Source of the DNA: Malacoraja senta
Lineage: Eukaryota
Assembly (NCBI GenBank): GCA_038087875.1
Contig: JAXLNO010000446.1
Location: 1-64,000, forward strand
Direction of reading: 5' to 3'
DNA: 64,000 nt
The first letter of the stretch is position 1. Every line of letters starts with the position of its first letter. Both the position numbers and the translations under genes were made by a program. Below the pieces are notes generated by a model. It was not told where the DNA came from and did no database searches. It saw nothing but the letters and a program-made list of their open reading frames with translations. Positions 46,401-61,600 of this stretch are shown in pieces.

Positions 46401-49400
46401 GGAAATTGCAGTGAATTGTGGACGCAGCCCAGCCCAGCCCATCACACAAACCAACCTCCCTTCCATTGACTCCATCTACACCTCACGCTGCCTCGGCAAG
46501 GCCAGCAGCATAATCAAGGACCAGTCGCACCCTGGCCACTCCCTCTTCTCCCCTCTCCCATCACGCTAAAGTTACAGAAGTGTGAAAACGCACACCTCCA
46601 GATTCAGGGACAGTTTCTTCCCAGCTGTTATCAGGCAACTGAACCATCCTACCACAACCAGAGAGCAGTGCTGAACTACTATCTACCTCATTGGTGACCC
46701 TCAGACTATCTTTGATCGGACTTTACTGGCTTTACCTTGCACTAAACGTTATTCCCTTATCATGTATCTGTACACTGTGGACGGCTCGATTGTAATCATG
46801 TGTTGTCTTTCCGCTGACTGGTTAGCACGCAACTAAAGCTTTTCACTGAACCTCGGTACACGTGACAATAAACTAAACCAGGGAAGATGGCATCAGGGCC
46901 ACGGAGTCTGCAGCCCCATTTTACGAGCTGTCAGCCTTCACACTTCTCCGCTCCAATCCAGCTTGAGTGCAGAAGGCTAATGGCGTTTTCTGGACTCTTA
47001 CATCCCCTTATTCCCAGCTGCCCCTCACCGTAGCATCTCAGGTGGTCTCCTAGGCAGAATATCTTAACCGGAACCATCACCATGAAGTATTGGACGATGC
47101 AATGTGTTAGAAGCCATCAGTGCCAACAACGCTGTGTCTCCTCCTGTCTGGCCCAACAGCAGAAGTGCAACGTTCTTGGTCCTTCTTCAACCACAAGTTT
47201 AAGGTGGGGGCAAGATTGAATTGGATCCTAAAGGGCACCCTTTTCACACAGAGAGTGGAGGGTATATGGCACGAGCTGCCTGGGAAGGAAGTTAAGGCAG
47301 CTACTATAACAATATTTAAACTGCAACTTGAAAGATCCAATTACTAAATGCTGGACATACCACTGATTTAAAATGAATCCCTGACTTCAAAAGGATTTCA
47401 GCCGTTGATATTGTATCTTTGATATCAGATATCAACACAAATGAGCTGTTCCCCATACAAAGTGGCAATGTTCCCACGTGTAAGCCCTGAAAAATCAAAT
47501 CTAATTCTTATTGTTTAAGAAGGAACTGCAGATGCTGGAAAATCGAAGGTACACAAAAATGCTGGAGAAACGGCAGCATCTATGGAGCGAAGGAAATAGG
47601 CAATGTTTCGGGCCGAAACCCCTCTTCAGACCCTGAAGAAGGGTTTCGGCCCAAAACGTTGCCTAATTCTTATTGTGTTACCTTTGTGATGTCTGCCTCT
47701 TTAAGTTAGTTAGTCATCTTAATGAAAGTGCCAAACATTGGGGACTGTAGCTGAGAGCAGAGAGCATTCTTAGTTTAGTCTGGGACCATCGGACTATCCT
47801 TGATCGGACTTTGCTGGCTTTATCTTGCACTAAACGCTATTCCCTTATCATGTATCTGTACACTGTAAGTGGGTCGATTGTAATCATGTATTGTTTTGCT
47901 GCTGACTGGTTAGCACGCAACAAAGGCTTTTCACTGTACCTCGATACATGTGACAATAAACTCAGAGTTGGAAACAGGCCCTTCGGCCCACCGAGTCTGT
48001 GCTGACCATCGAACACCTGTACACTGAGGACAATTTACAATTTTGGAGTGTGGGAGCAAACCGGAGCACCCGGAGAAAACCCACACAGTCACGGGGAGAG
48101 CGTACAAACTCCGTACAGACAGCACCTGTAGTCAGGATGGAACCGGGGTCTCTGGTGCTGTGAGGCATCAACTCTACCCGCTGTGGTTGTGGGGACATGT
48201 GGCTGCTGCATTTTACACAGAAACTTTCATATCTGCAAAATATGTTATGGCAGAGCCTTGTGTCCGAGCAGTGAGTGGCTGAGAGCCACAAGTCTTCATG
48301 CAGTGTGGGGCCCACCCCCACAAGATGCACTAAACTGGCCATTTCTTCATCCTTGTTTACAACATCCACAGTGTGGAGAAAGACTCCTGTGAATTAGTTA
48401 TACAACAAGCGCTTCACTTCAAAGCATTTGTCAAGTGTTGGCCTTCTTTATGTTTATGAAGATGTAAGTTCATATCATGCAAGGCGTGTTTGGGTTCAGA
48501 AATGCTTCAAAGGTGGGAACATAGAATGTAGAGCATTGAACATAGAACAACCGTACAGCACAGGAACAGGCCCTTCGGCCCACAATGTCCATGCCGAACA
48601 TGATGCCAAGTTAAACTCATCTCCTCTGTGATCCATATCCCTCCATTCCCTATATATCGAGGAGTAGGCCATTCGGCCCTTCGAGCCAGCACCGCCATTC
48701 AATGTGATTATGGCTGATCATCCCCAATCAGTACCCCGTTCCTGCCTTCTCCCCATATCCCCTAACTCCACTATTTTTAAGAGCCCTATCTAGCTTTCTC
48801 TTGAAAGTATCCAGAGAACCGGCCTCCACCGCCCTCTGTGAGAATAAGTGTTTCCTCGTCTCCGTTCTAAATGGCTTACTCCTTATTCTTAAACTGTGGC
48901 CCCTGGTTCTGGACTCCCCCAACATCGGGAACATGTTTCCTGCCTCTAGCGTGTCCAAGCCCTTAACAATCTTATATGTTTCAATGAGAAGCCCTCTCAT
49001 CCTTCTAAACTCCAGAGTATACAAGCCCAGCTGCTCCATTCTCTCAGCATATGACAGTCCCGCCATCCTGGGAATTTACCTTGTAAACCTACGCTGCACT
49101 CCCTCAATAGCAAGAATCCATGTGCCTGTCCAAAAGCCCCTTAAACACCACTATCGTATCTGCCTCCACCACCACCCCATGGCATCACGTTCCAGGCCCC
49201 CACCACCCTCTGTGTAAAACACTAGCCCCACACGTCACCTTTACACTTGCCCCTCTCACCTTACAGCTGTGGCCTTTGGATTTAGACATTTCCACCCAGG
49301 GAAAAAGGTTGAGACTGTCTACCATATCTATGCCACATAATGTTATATACTTCTGTCAGGTCTCCCTGCAACCTCTCCCTGTAGCTGAAGCCCTCTAATC

Positions 49401-50544
49401 CAGGCATCATTCTGTTAAACCTGCACCCTCTCCAAAGCCTCCACATCCTTCCTGTAATGGGGCGACCAGAACTGTCCACAATACTCCAACTGTGGCCTCA
49501 CCAAAGTCCTTTAGATCTGCGTCGTGAGTTTGTGACTCTTATACTCACTGCCCCGACCGATGAGGCACGCACATCTTACACCTTGTTTACCACTCGATCT
49601 ACTCGTGTTGCCACTTCCAGGGAGCTGTGTACTTGGACGCCAGGGTCTCTCTGTACATCAATGCTGTTGTTCTTGATCCTTGTTTACGTCATTCACAGTG
49701 TGGAGAAAGACTCCCGTGATTCACCAAACAATTTGCACCAAGGTTGTGAATACTCGGCCAATAAACTTATTCATTCATTCATTCATTCATTCAGTTATAC
49801 AACAAGTGCGACAGAGTGATACAATGTGGAAACAGTCCTTCACGTCCCATCTACACTTGTCCGACCAGCCTGCGTTTGGTCCATGTCCCTCCTATCCATG
49901 TCCTATCCATGTACCTGTCTAAACATTTCTTCAATGTTGGGGTAGTCCCAGCCTTGCCATTGTCCTTCTGTAAGTTTATGAAGATGTAAGCCTGCATCAT
50001 GTGAAAATGCACGCCGTGTTTGGTTCAGAAACGCTTCACAGATGGGAACATGGAATGTAGAGCACTGAAAACTGAACATAGAACAGTACATCACTGGAAC
50101 AGGCCCTTCGTCCCACAATGTCCGCGCTGAACATGACGGCAGGACCAAGTCTTATCTGCTTGTACATGATCCATATCCCTCCATTCCAAACATTTCCATT
50201 TGCCTATCCAAAATCTCTTCAATGCCACTATTGTATCAGCCACCACCACCACCCCTGGCAGCATGTTCTATGCACCCACCACCCTCTGTGTAAAACTTGC
50301 CCCCTCTTCCATTATAGCTATGCCCTTTGGTGTAGAATATTTCCATCCTGGGGAAAAGGTTCTGACTGTCTACCCGATCTATGCTTCTCATAATGATACA
50401 TATTGTCAGGCCTTCCCTCAAAATCCGATGCTCCAGAGATAACAATCCTTCCGGAAGTAAGTTTGGATTTCAAACACAGAATGGAGAAAACTTCCTGAGC
50501 AGCCATCTAATATTGCTGGTCCTAGAGCTGACAATTAAAAAAAA

Positions 50545-50846
50545 AAAAATTTAATATGGAGTTAATTTGGGAGTAAGCTATGTCAGTGGAGATTGGCCCT
50601 GTGGTTTGCTCAGCCTGCAACATGTGGGAGATCAGGGATATGGTCGGTGTCCCTGGTGACTACGTTTGCAGGAAGTGTGTCCAGCTACAGCTCCTGGCAG
50701 ACCGCATTGAACGATTGGAGCTGCGGTTGGATTCATATTGGAGCATCCACGATGCTGAGAAAGTCGTGAATAGCACGTACAGTGAGTTGGTCACACCGCA
50801 GGTAAAAGGTAAGAGGACAGAAAGGGAACGGGTGGCCACTAGCCAG
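50545..50846 (+). mobile_element. CR1 5' stub (ORF1 zinc-finger part) left after deletion
   Basis: ORF 50580.. matches 24553- up to ERVA, then switches to the mirror of left 19651. Confidence 0.9.
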
Positions 50847-51198
50847 AGCCATACAGCACAGAAACATGCCCTTTGGCCAACTTGCCCTTGCCAACCAACT
50901 TGCCCCATTTGCACCTGCCTGCATTTGACCCCTATCCCACTAAACCTTGCCTATACATTAGACAATGCAGGAGTAAGTCATTCGGCCCCTCGAGCCGCCA
51001 TTCAATGTGATCATGACTGATTATCCACAATCAGTACCCCCGTTCCTGCCTTCTCCCCATATCCCCTGACTCCGCTACAAATCCCAGTGTCTTTTAAATA
51101 TTGTTATACTACCTCAACTACCTCCATTAGACTTTAGACTTTGGAGATACAGCACGGAAACAGACGCTTAGTCCCACTCTCCCACCAGTGGAAACATC

Positions 51199-54021
51199 TG
51201 TAAAGATGTGTCATAACGCACTGTTTCTTTACTTCTGTTTATTCATACTACACATTATACACACAGGTTTCTGCCCTAGCTGTCCGTGGTCTGTCACCGG
51301 AACCAGAGAGAGAGAACTGGGTGGGAAGGTTGTAATTATACTGATGATGTGGGGTGTGGTTAGTGGTGGTGAGGTCACTATGTTAAAGGTACATGCACAT
51401 ATCATCTACATCCTTCCCCTTGGAAATAATAAGCAATACCGAAGTGACAGGGCGACCACGTCTCATACGCTACGAGCAAGTGAGCAAACAGTTAAACAAA
51501 TTCACCATAACGGACAGGCGGCCTGACCACCCGCCCGGACCGGGTACGCATTTCGCCTTCCCCCCCTTCTGCAGGCGGAGCATGAGCAGGAGCCGGCGCG
51601 GGGGAGAGAACTGGGGAACCGGGAGGAGAACGAGAAAACGGAGAAGGAGCAGGGGAAGCAGGAGCAGTAGCGGGAAGACGGTCAGGCGAGGGAGGACCGG
51701 CCGGAGGGGCAGGCAACATGGCAGACAGTGGGGGAAAAGGGATCCACAGGCGGCGGTGGTGGCTCGTTAACAAGCCGCAGATGCTGCCGGGACCGGCGGT
51801 AAATGGTACCTTCATGGTCGACAAGGTAGGACCGTGGCGAACCAGCAGTACCGACGACGATGGCAAGCCTGGGGTGACCGGAGGGGGATTGCATTCGGAC
51901 GACTTGGCCTGAGAGCAGAGGCGGGAGAGGACGACAAGATTTGTCGTGGGAGCGCCGTTGGATTTCTTGTTTGAGGGCAATGCGCTCCTGGACGGCAGCG
52001 GGATGGAGGACAGAGGGAACGAGGGACTGCTGGGTCACCGGGATCGGAGGTCTCGTAGTGCGAGACATCAGCCGTTGAGCTGGAGAGCCCAAGGCAGTGT
52101 CGCGGCAAATGTTTCGGAGATTGAGGAGGGCCAGGTAAAAGTCAGAATGGGACAGTCTACAATGTTCCAGCAAGTCCTTAGCACTGCGGACAGCGCGCTC
52201 TGCCAAGCCGTTGCTTTGAGGGTACTCTGGGCTGCTGGTGTAGTGTCGGAAGTTCCATCTGGCTGCGAAACTCCGAAATTCTGCGCTCGAGAACTGGCCG
52301 CCGTTGTCCGATTGAAGACTTGCCGGGGTGCCATGAGTTCCGAAGTGGCGGCGCAGCCTCCCGATAACGGCCGAAGAGGTGAGGGAGTGCAGCTGGTCAA
52401 CCTCGAACCAGCTGGAGTATGAGTCCACAAGAACCAGGAAATGCTTTCCACGCCACTCAAAACTGTCAGCGGCGACGGTCATCCAGGGCAGGCTGTTGCA
52501 GAAGCGGCTGCCGTTGCTGATGGGGAGCGAGGCTATTGCAGACAGAGCAAGCGGTGACCCTCTCCCGGATGTCTTGGGCCATGCTGAGCCAGTAGAACAA
52601 ACTCTGGGCCTGAGACAGGGTGGCCTCGGCCCCAGGATGACCGCGGTGGGCGGTCTGAAAGTATTGGTCCCGCAGGGCAGCAGGCACAACGACCTTGTGT
52701 CCCTTCACGACCACGCCGTCGTGCAGCACGAGCTCGTCACGGACCAGGAAGTAGGGCACGACCCCAGGCGGTAAGGATGAACGACGATCTGGCCAACCCT
52801 GCCTGATGACGTCGGCAAGCTGCTGCAGGGCAGGATCCTTGGCAGTGTTGCTGATCAGGGACTGCATCTGCTGGGAAGGCACAATGTTGACGTTAAGCAC
52901 CATCAGGTCAGACGATTCATATGGATGGCGATCGGTGGACGTTAGTGGTGCGTGGGACAGCGTGTCGGCCACAAACACATTCTTGCCCTTGCGATACACA
53001 ATTTTAAACGTAAAGCGTTGGAGTTGCAGCATCATGTGCTGCAACCGGGAAGCGGCAACGTGGATCGGCTTGTTGAGGATAGAGACCAGCGGCTGATGGT
53101 CGGTTTCGATCGTGAAGCTGTTTCCCAGGATATAGTCCTTGAACTTGGAGCAGGCAAACACCACAGCAAGCAGCTCCTTCTCTATCTGAGCATAGCGCTG
53201 CTCGGCAGGGGTCATGGTGTGGGACGCGTAGGAAACAGGCAGCTGCAGGCCATCGCGGAGCTGCAGACAGGCAGCACCTAGACCGAACTCTGAGGCGTCG
53301 CAGGTAAGAACAATGGGGCGCTGCAGATCGAAGAATTGGAGAGTGGGGGCACTGGCCAGCCTGGACTTCAGGACTTCAAAAGCTGTCTGGTGATGCGGGA
53401 ACCAAACCCAGGCAGTGTCCTTCTTGATCAACTCCCTCAGGGGCGCGCTCAGCTCGCTGAGGTCAGGGATAAACTTCCCCAAGTAATTAACCATGCCCAG
53501 AAAACGTTGTAGGCTGGCCACGTCGGTGGGCGAAGACATATCGGAGACCGCAGCTGTCTTCTGCGGGTCGGGCTTTAGCCCCGTTGCGGTAAAAGCGTGG
53601 CCCACATAGGTGACCTCCGGGACGCGGAACCGGCACTTCTTTGGGTTTAGTTTGAGGTTGATTTCGCGGGCCCGGTTCAGGACTCGACGGAGGTGGAGAT
53701 CGTGCTCAGTAACGTCTTTACCGTAGACCAGGATGTCGTCAACGATGATGGCACACGGCAGACCGATGAACAGCTGCTCCATCGTCCGCTGGAAGACCTC
53801 GCTGGCAGAGTTGATCCCGAATGGCATGCGGAGGAATCGGTACCTGCCGAAAGGTGTGCCGAAGGTAGTCAAGTGGGAGGACCACTCGTCCAGCGGTATC
53901 TGCCAGAAGGAGCTCTTGGCATCGAGAACCGAGAAGACAGTGGCCGGGCCAACCTGTGCAGCGACGTCCTCCACTGTTCGCATGGTCACTATGTTAAAGG
54001 TACATGCACATATCATCTACA
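51199..54021 (-). mobile_element. Mirror copy of the deleted Ty3/Gypsy element
   Basis: acatc TSD (51194-51198, 54022-54026). ORFs 52466..54016- (516 aa) and 51682..52689-. Confidence 0.95.
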
Positions 54022-56744
54022 ACATCCTTTCCACATCCACTATCCAGGTTTTTCACTATTCGGCAAGTTTCACTGAGGTCCCCCCGTCATCCTTCTAAAT
54101 TCCAGCGAGTACAGGCCCAGTGCCAACATAGGCAGGGAGACAGTTAAATTCTCAAGCAGGCTTAAGAGACCAGAGTGCATTTACTTGAGCTGTATTACAT
54201 TTGCATTGAAATTAGTTGCCATGGAAAATTTTAAACCTTTCCGTACAAAAATAAAGTTTGACTAATGACTGATTAGCAAGCTGCTGTTTGGGTTATCTTA
54301 ACTTTGCAATTTAAAATGAGTGTTGTAGTTAACTTTACACTGCAGGGAATGAAATGTGTGTGGAAAATTAACCCTTCAGTGTCCTCCCCTTCCCATTCCC
54401 ACACTGACCTTTCTGTCCTGGGCCTCCCCAATTGGCAGAGTGATGCCCAGCGCAAGTTGTCGGTACAGCACCTCATATTCCACTCAATGTTCACGCATGT
54501 AGTACATCCGTCAAAGAGAATGCCTACAAGTCCTTGGTCAAGCCCAAATTGGAGCATTGTGGAGCCGTATAGGATCGTTTCAACAACAACAACAAGATCA
54601 CCCTGGAGAAAGTACAATGGCGAGCAGCCCGCTTTGTATGTAATGACTACAAGCGCAAGTCAAGCGTGAATAATATGCTGACTACTCTCGGATGGGATAT
54701 CCTAGAGCCCCGCAGAATCAGGCTAAGACTTATTGCGATTTACAAGGAGATTGACAAACTCACGCCTTCAAATCTCCCCTCAGCCCAGAGCACCGACTGC
54801 CATGAAACAAGACTAAATAACGGTCCCTACATCATCAACTGGCGAAATGTCAATAAACTTTGCGACCAATATTCCCTTTACCCAAGGACGATAAGGGAAT
54901 GGAATATGTTAGCCATGATCGCATAGAATGGCGGTGCTGGCTCAAAGGGCCGAATGGCCTACTCCAGCACCTATTGTCTATTGTCTATTGTCTATTGACA
55001 AGCTGGGCTGAAGGGCCCATGCTGCACCGTTCTATACCTCTCTGACTCTCAATCCTGTATTCCAACAAGGGGTTAAGGCAGAAATGTAATATTTAGTCTT
55101 GATCCTTTCAGAAATTTGTGACTCAGTTGTGAATTAAAAAGGCCTAAGCTGTTCATGAACCAGCAAGCACATAAACACTAACTGCTGAGGGATCTCATGG
55201 AGAAATTAATTCCTCTGTTGAACAAGTCCAGGGAAGTGGAACATAACCTCAGCATCTCGACGAGAGTGTCAGTAGAATGAGAGGGGTCACGTCTTAATAC
55301 AAGAATGTTCATAAATCTACAGCTTCCTTCTGCCAAAGTACTTGATAGTGTAGCTTTATAATATAGTTTACCATTTCATAGGTGATAGGAGAAATAGACA
55401 ATAGACAATAGGTGCAGGAGTAGGCCATTCTGCCCTTCGAGCCAGCACCGCCATTCAATGTGATCATGGCTGATCATCCCCAATCAGTACCCCGTTCCTG
55501 CCTTCTCCCCATATCCCCTGATTCCGCTATCTTTAAGAGCCCTATCTAACTCTCTCCTGAAAGCATCCAGAGAACCTGCCTCCACCGCCCTCTGAGGCAG
55601 AGAATTCCACAGACTCACAACTCTCTGTGTGAAAAAGTGTTTCCTCGTCTGCATTCTAAATGGCTTCGGCCATTTGACCATCGCCTACTCCACCATTCAA
55701 TCGCGGCTGATCTATCTCTCCCTCTTAACCCCATTCTCCTGCCTTCTCCCCATAACCCCTGACACCCGTACTGATCAAGAATCTGTCAATTTCCGCCTTA
55801 AAAATATCGATTGCTTTGGCCTCCACAGCCATCTGTAGCAAAGAATTCCACAGATTCACCACCCTCTGACTAAAGCATTCCTCCTCATCTCGTTTCTGAA
55901 GGTACGTCCTTTTATTCTGAGGTTGTACCCTCTGGTCCTAATCTCCCACTAGTGCAAACATCCTCTCCACATCCACTCTATCCAGGCCTTTCAATGAGGT
56001 AAGTTTCAATGAGGTCCCCCCTCATTCTTCTAAAGTCCAGCGAGTACAGGCCCAGTGCTGTCAAACGCTCATCATATGTTAACCCATTCATTTCTGAGAT
56101 CATTCTTAGTTAGTTTATTCTCATGTGTACTGAGGAACAGTGAAAAGCTTTTTGTTGCATGCTAACCAGTCAGCGGAAAGGCAATACATGATTACAATCG
56201 AGCCGTCCACAGTGCACAGATACAGGATAAAGGGAATAACGTTTAGTGCAAGATAAAGTCCAGTAAGGTCCGATAAAAGATAGTCCGAGAGTCTCTAATG
56301 TGATGGAAGGTAGTTCAGCACTGCTCTCTGGTTGTGGTAGGATGGTTCAGTTGCCAGATAACAGCTGGGTAGAAACTGTCCCTGAATCTGGAGGTGTGCG
56401 TTTTCACACTTGACCAGTGTGAGACTGGTCCTTGAGGCTCGGCCAATGGAAAACCTAAAGATTGTCACTGTACAGTCAACAAGTGACCAAGACTGGTAAA
56501 TAAGGTGAGAGCCATAGTCATACAGTGTGGAAACAGGCCCTTCAGCCCACCTTGTCCATGCCGCCCATAATGTCCCATCTACACACGTCCCACCTGCCCT
56601 CATTTGGCCCATCTCCCTCTAAACCTGTCCTATCATGTGCCTGTGTAAATGCATTCCATGCCAGCTTGGAACAGGAGATGGGTGGTGGAACGCTACCCTC
56701 CCCACTGGTCTCAGGTCTGCCTGTACCAACGCTCACTGACGCAG

Positions 56745-58323
56745 ACATAGAAACATAGAAAATAGGTGCAGGAGTAGGCCATTCGGCCATTCGAGCCTGC
56801 ACCGCCATTCGATATGATCGTGGCTGATCATCCAACTCAGTATCCTGTACCTGCCTTCTCTCCATACCCCCTGATCCCTTTAGCCACAAGGGCCACATCT
56901 AACTCCCTCTTAAATATAGCCAATGAACTGGCCTGAACTAGCCTCTGTGGCAGAGAGTTCCAGAGATTCACCACTCTCTGTGTGAAAAATGTTTTCCTCA
57001 TCTCGGTCCTAAAAGATTTCCCCCTTATCCTTAAACTGTGACCCCTTGTTCTGGACTTCCCCAACATTGGGAACAATCTTCCTCCATCTAGCCTATCCAA
57101 CCCCTTAAGAATTTTGTACGTTTCTATAAGATCCCCCCTCAATCTTCTAAATTCTAGCGAGTACAAACCGAGTCTATCCAGTCTTTCTTCATATGAAAGT
57201 CCTGACATCCCAGGAATCAGTCTGATGAACCTTCTCTGTACTCCCTCTATGGCAAGAATGTCTTTCCTCAGATTAGGAGACCAAAACTGTACGCAATACT
57301 CCAGGTGTGTTCTCACCAAGACCCTGTACAACTGCAGTAGAACCTCCCTGCTCCTATACTCAAATCCTTTTGCTATGAATGCTAACATACCATTCGCCTT
57401 CTTCACTGCCTGCTGCACATGTATGCCTACTTTTAATGACTGGTGTACCATGACACCCAGGTCTCGTTGCATCTCCCCTTTTCCCAATCGGCCACCATTC
57501 AGATAATAGTCTACTTTCCTGTTTTTGCCACCAAAGTGGATAACCTCACATTTATCCACATTATACTGCATCTGCCATGCATTTGCCCACTCACCCAGCC
57601 TATCCAAGTCACCTTGCAGCCTCCGAGCATCCTCCTCATAGCTAACACTGCCCCCCAGCTTCGTGTCATCCGCAAACTTGGAGATGTTGCATTCAATTCC
57701 CTCGTCCAAATCATTAATATATATCGTAAATAGCTGGGGTCCCAGCACTGAGCCTTGCGGTACCCCACTAGTCACTGCCTGCCATTGTGAAAAGGACCCG
57801 TTTACTCCTACTCTTTGCTTCCTGTCTGCCAGCCAGTTCTCTATCCACATCAATACTGTACCCCCAATACCGTGTGCTTTAAGTTTGTATACTAATCTCT
57901 TATGTGGGACCTTGTCGAAAGCCTTTTGAAAGTCCAGATATAACACATCCACTGGTTCTCCCTTATCCACTCTACCAGTTACACCCTCGAAAAATTCTAT
58001 AAGATTCGTCAGACATGATTTCCCTTTCATAAATCCATGCTGACTTTGTCCAATGATTTCACCATTATCCAAATGTGCTGCTATCCCATCTTTAATAACT
58101 GACTCTAGCAGTTTCCCCACTACCGATGTTAGACTAACTGGTCTGTAATTCCCCGTTTTCTCTCTCCCTCCCTTTTTAAAAAGTGGGGTTACATTAGCTA
58201 CCCTCCAATCATCAGGAACTACTCCAGAATCTAAAGAGTTTTGAAAAATTATCACTAATGCATCCACTATTTCTGGGGCTACTTCCTTAAGTACTCTGGG
58301 ATGCAGCCTATCTGGCCCTGGGG
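56745..58323 (-). mobile_element. 5'-truncated CR1 with open RT frame (un-nested mirror of 8261-13770)
   Basis: ORF 56837..58267- (476 aa) runs from RT to GYGEKAGTGY*. Confidence 0.93.
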
Positions 58324-58414
58324 ATTTAACATAAGCTCAGTCTTTCTGAGAGTGAATCTGTGGAAAGCAACAGGCCCAGATGTAGCCCCAAGTCACGTCA
58401 TAGAGTCATACAGT

Positions 58415-58417
<3 letters not shown>

Positions 58418-58446
<29 letters not shown>

Positions 58447-58687
58447 TTTATTTATAAAGCACTTTAAACAACCACAGTTGCCACAAAGTGCTGTACATGA
58501 GAAATCACGAACAAAAAGCTATTACAAACAATTAAAAACCATTACAAACCGTAAAACGAAGGACTATAAAAAACACACTAAAAATTAAAAGACATTAAAA
58601 GCACTAAAAACAGGGGCAATGCCTCAGCCAGTGTCGAAAGCCAAAGAATAAAAATATGTTTTTAGGGAGGATTTGAAGATGGACAGT
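58418..58687 (-). mobile_element. L2-like LINE 3' fragment, right arm only
   Basis: (AAT)n at 58418-58443, then tttataaagcactttaaacaacc...caaagtgctgtaca (rc of a tgtacagcactttg...gtgctttataaa tail). Absent at left 8160-8180. Confidence 0.65.
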
Positions 58688-61600
58688 TTATTCTTAAACT
58701 GTGGCCCCTGGTTCTAGATTCCCCCAACAGCCTCTAGCATGTCCAAACATTTAACAATCTTATTTGTTTCAATAAGATCTACTGTCATCCTTCTAAACTC
58801 CAGAGTGTAGAAACAGGCTCTTCAGCCCAACTTGCCCATGCAGACCAACATGCCCCATTTACCCTAGTTATTCCCTTTATCCTATATCTGTACACTGTGA
58901 ACGGCTCGATTGTAATCATGTATTGTCTTTCCGCTGACTGGATAGCACGCAACAAAAGCTTTTGGGCTTGTACACTCTGGAGTTTAGAAGGATGACAGTA
59001 GATCTTATTGAAACAAATAAGATTGTTAAATGTTTGGACATGCTAGAGGCTGTTGGGGGAATCTAGAACCAGGGGCCACAGTTTAAGAATAAGGAATAAG
59101 CCATTTAGAACGGAGACGAGGAAACACTTTTTCTCACAGAGAGTTGTGAGTCTGTGGAATTCTCTGCCTCAGAGGGCGGTGGAGGCCGGTTCTCTGGATA
59201 CTTTCAAGAGCTAGATAGGGTTCTTTAAGACAGCGGAGTCAGGGGATATGGGAAGAAGGCAGGAACGGGGTACTGATTGCGGATGATCAGCCAGGATCAC
59301 ATTGAATGGTGGTGCTGGCTCGAAGGGCCGAATGGCCTACTCCTGCACCTAATGTCTATTGTCTACTGTCTATTGTCTATTTTCATTGTACTTCGGTACA
59401 CGTGCCAATAAACTAAACTAAACTAAACTGAACTAGTCCCACCTGCCAACGTATGGGCCATATCCCTCTAAACCTATCCCATCTAAGTACCTGTCAAAAT
59501 CTGTCTTAAACATTATGATCATACCTGTCTCAACTACCTCCTGTGGCAGCTCGTTCCACAACCCACCACCCTTTGTGTACCTTTCAGCTTCCTATTAAAT
59601 CTTTCCCTCCTCGCCTTAAACCTATGTCCCCTAGTTCTTGATTGCCCTATCCTGCGCAAAAGACTCTGTGCATCTACCCAATCTATTCCTCTCATGATTT
59701 TGTACACCTCTATAAGATCACCTCTCATCCTCCTGCGCTCCATGGAATAGAGACCCAGCCTACTCAACCTCTACCTATAACTCAGGCTCACGAGTTCCCA
59801 TAAATATTCCCTACATTCTTTCCAACTGGACAACATCTTTCCCATAACATGGTGACCAAAACTGAACATAATCCTCTAAATGTGACCTCACCAACTGTAA
59901 CATGACCTCCCAACTTCTATACTCAACACTCTGACTGATGAAGGCCAAAGCGCCAAAAGCCTTGTTGACCACCTTATCTACCTGTGACTCCACCTTCAAG
60001 GAACCATGCACCTGTACTCCTAGATCCTTCTGCTCTACAACACTACCCAGAGCCCTACCATTCACTGTGTAGGTCCTGTCCGTGTTAGACTTCCCAAAAA
60101 GTATTTCTCTGTATTCTCTGTACTGTGACTGATGAAGGCTTGTGTGCCATTTGGCCCATCTACCTGTGATAACCTATGTACTTATACTTCTAGATCCCTC
60201 TGATCTACAGCACTCCAGTTCAGTTCAGTTGAGTTTAGTTTATTGTCACGTGTACCGAGGTACAGTGAAAAGCTTTTGTTGCGTGCTAACCAGTCAGCGG
60301 AAAGACAATACATGATTACAGTCGAGCCGTTTACAGTGTACATCAATCAATCAATCAATCAATCAACCTTTATTGTCATCTTGCAAGCAACAGTTGTACA
60401 GTGCAAAATGAAAAGACGTTTCCCAGGGAATACCGGAGCATCGCACATGAAATTTAAAACATTTCACACAGTATAAATAGTTTAAAAGTAGGTAAAAACA
60501 ACGTTAAAATACAGTAAAACCAATCATAAACATGTCCGGGGCAGCTGATTTGAGTGGCCAGTGCCAGTTATTGAAGTGGCCAGTGCCAGTTATTGAAGTG
60601 GCCAGTGCCAGTTATTATAGTGTCCATGCCAAGCCGCAGAATCAGGTGACTGTGAGTACAGAGTGGCTGTTTAGCAGCCTCACAGCATATGGCAGGAAGC
60701 TGTTTAGCAGTCTTGTAGTCCGGGCTTTGATGCTGCGATATCTCTTGCCTGATGGCAGGAGATCCAGGTGTATGTGGAGGGGGTGCAGTTTGTCCTTAGC
60801 AATTCTCTGAGCTTTTTTCAGACAGCGGCTCTGGAACAGTTCTTGTACCGAGGGTAGGGAGACGCCAATGATCCTCTCTGCTCCCCTCACTACCCTCTGC
60901 AGAGCCTTCCTGTCCGAGCAGTTGCAGGTGGAGTACCACGTATTTATGCAGTACGTGAGTACAGACTCCACTGTACCCCTGTAGAAAGTGAATAAGGTTT
61001 AGTGCAAGATGATAAGTGCAAGATGATAAGTGAATAAGGTTTAGTGCAAGATGAAGCCAGCAAAGTCCGATCAAGGATAGTCCATCCGAGTGTCCATGGA
61101 CCTACTTTCACTCAGGGAGTGGCCCTTGGTAATAAATGCTCAGTAACATTTTCAGCTCCATTTGGATAACTTGGGGTGTCACGGGGGTGCAGCAGGTAGA
61201 GTTGCTGTCTCACAGCGCCAGAGACCTGGTTCAATCCTGACTACAGATGCTGTCTGTACGGAGTTTGTACGTTCTCCCTGTGACTGTGTGGGTTTTCTCT
61301 GGGTGCTCTGGTTTCCTCTCACACTCCAAAGACGTACAGATTTGTAGGCTAATTGGCTTGTTAGTGTGCGGGGATCGCTAGTCAATAGACAATAGACAAC
61401 AGACAACAGACAATAGGTGCAGGAGTCGACCATTCGGCCCTTCGAGCCAGCACCGCCATTCAATGTGATCATGGCCAATCATCCACAATCAGTTCCCCGG
61501 CATGGTCGGCATGGACACGATTGGCCGAAGGGCCTGTTTCTGTGCTGTATCTCTAAACTAAACTCCAACTAAAGTTGAAGCTGAGAAGGAGCTGCGGATA

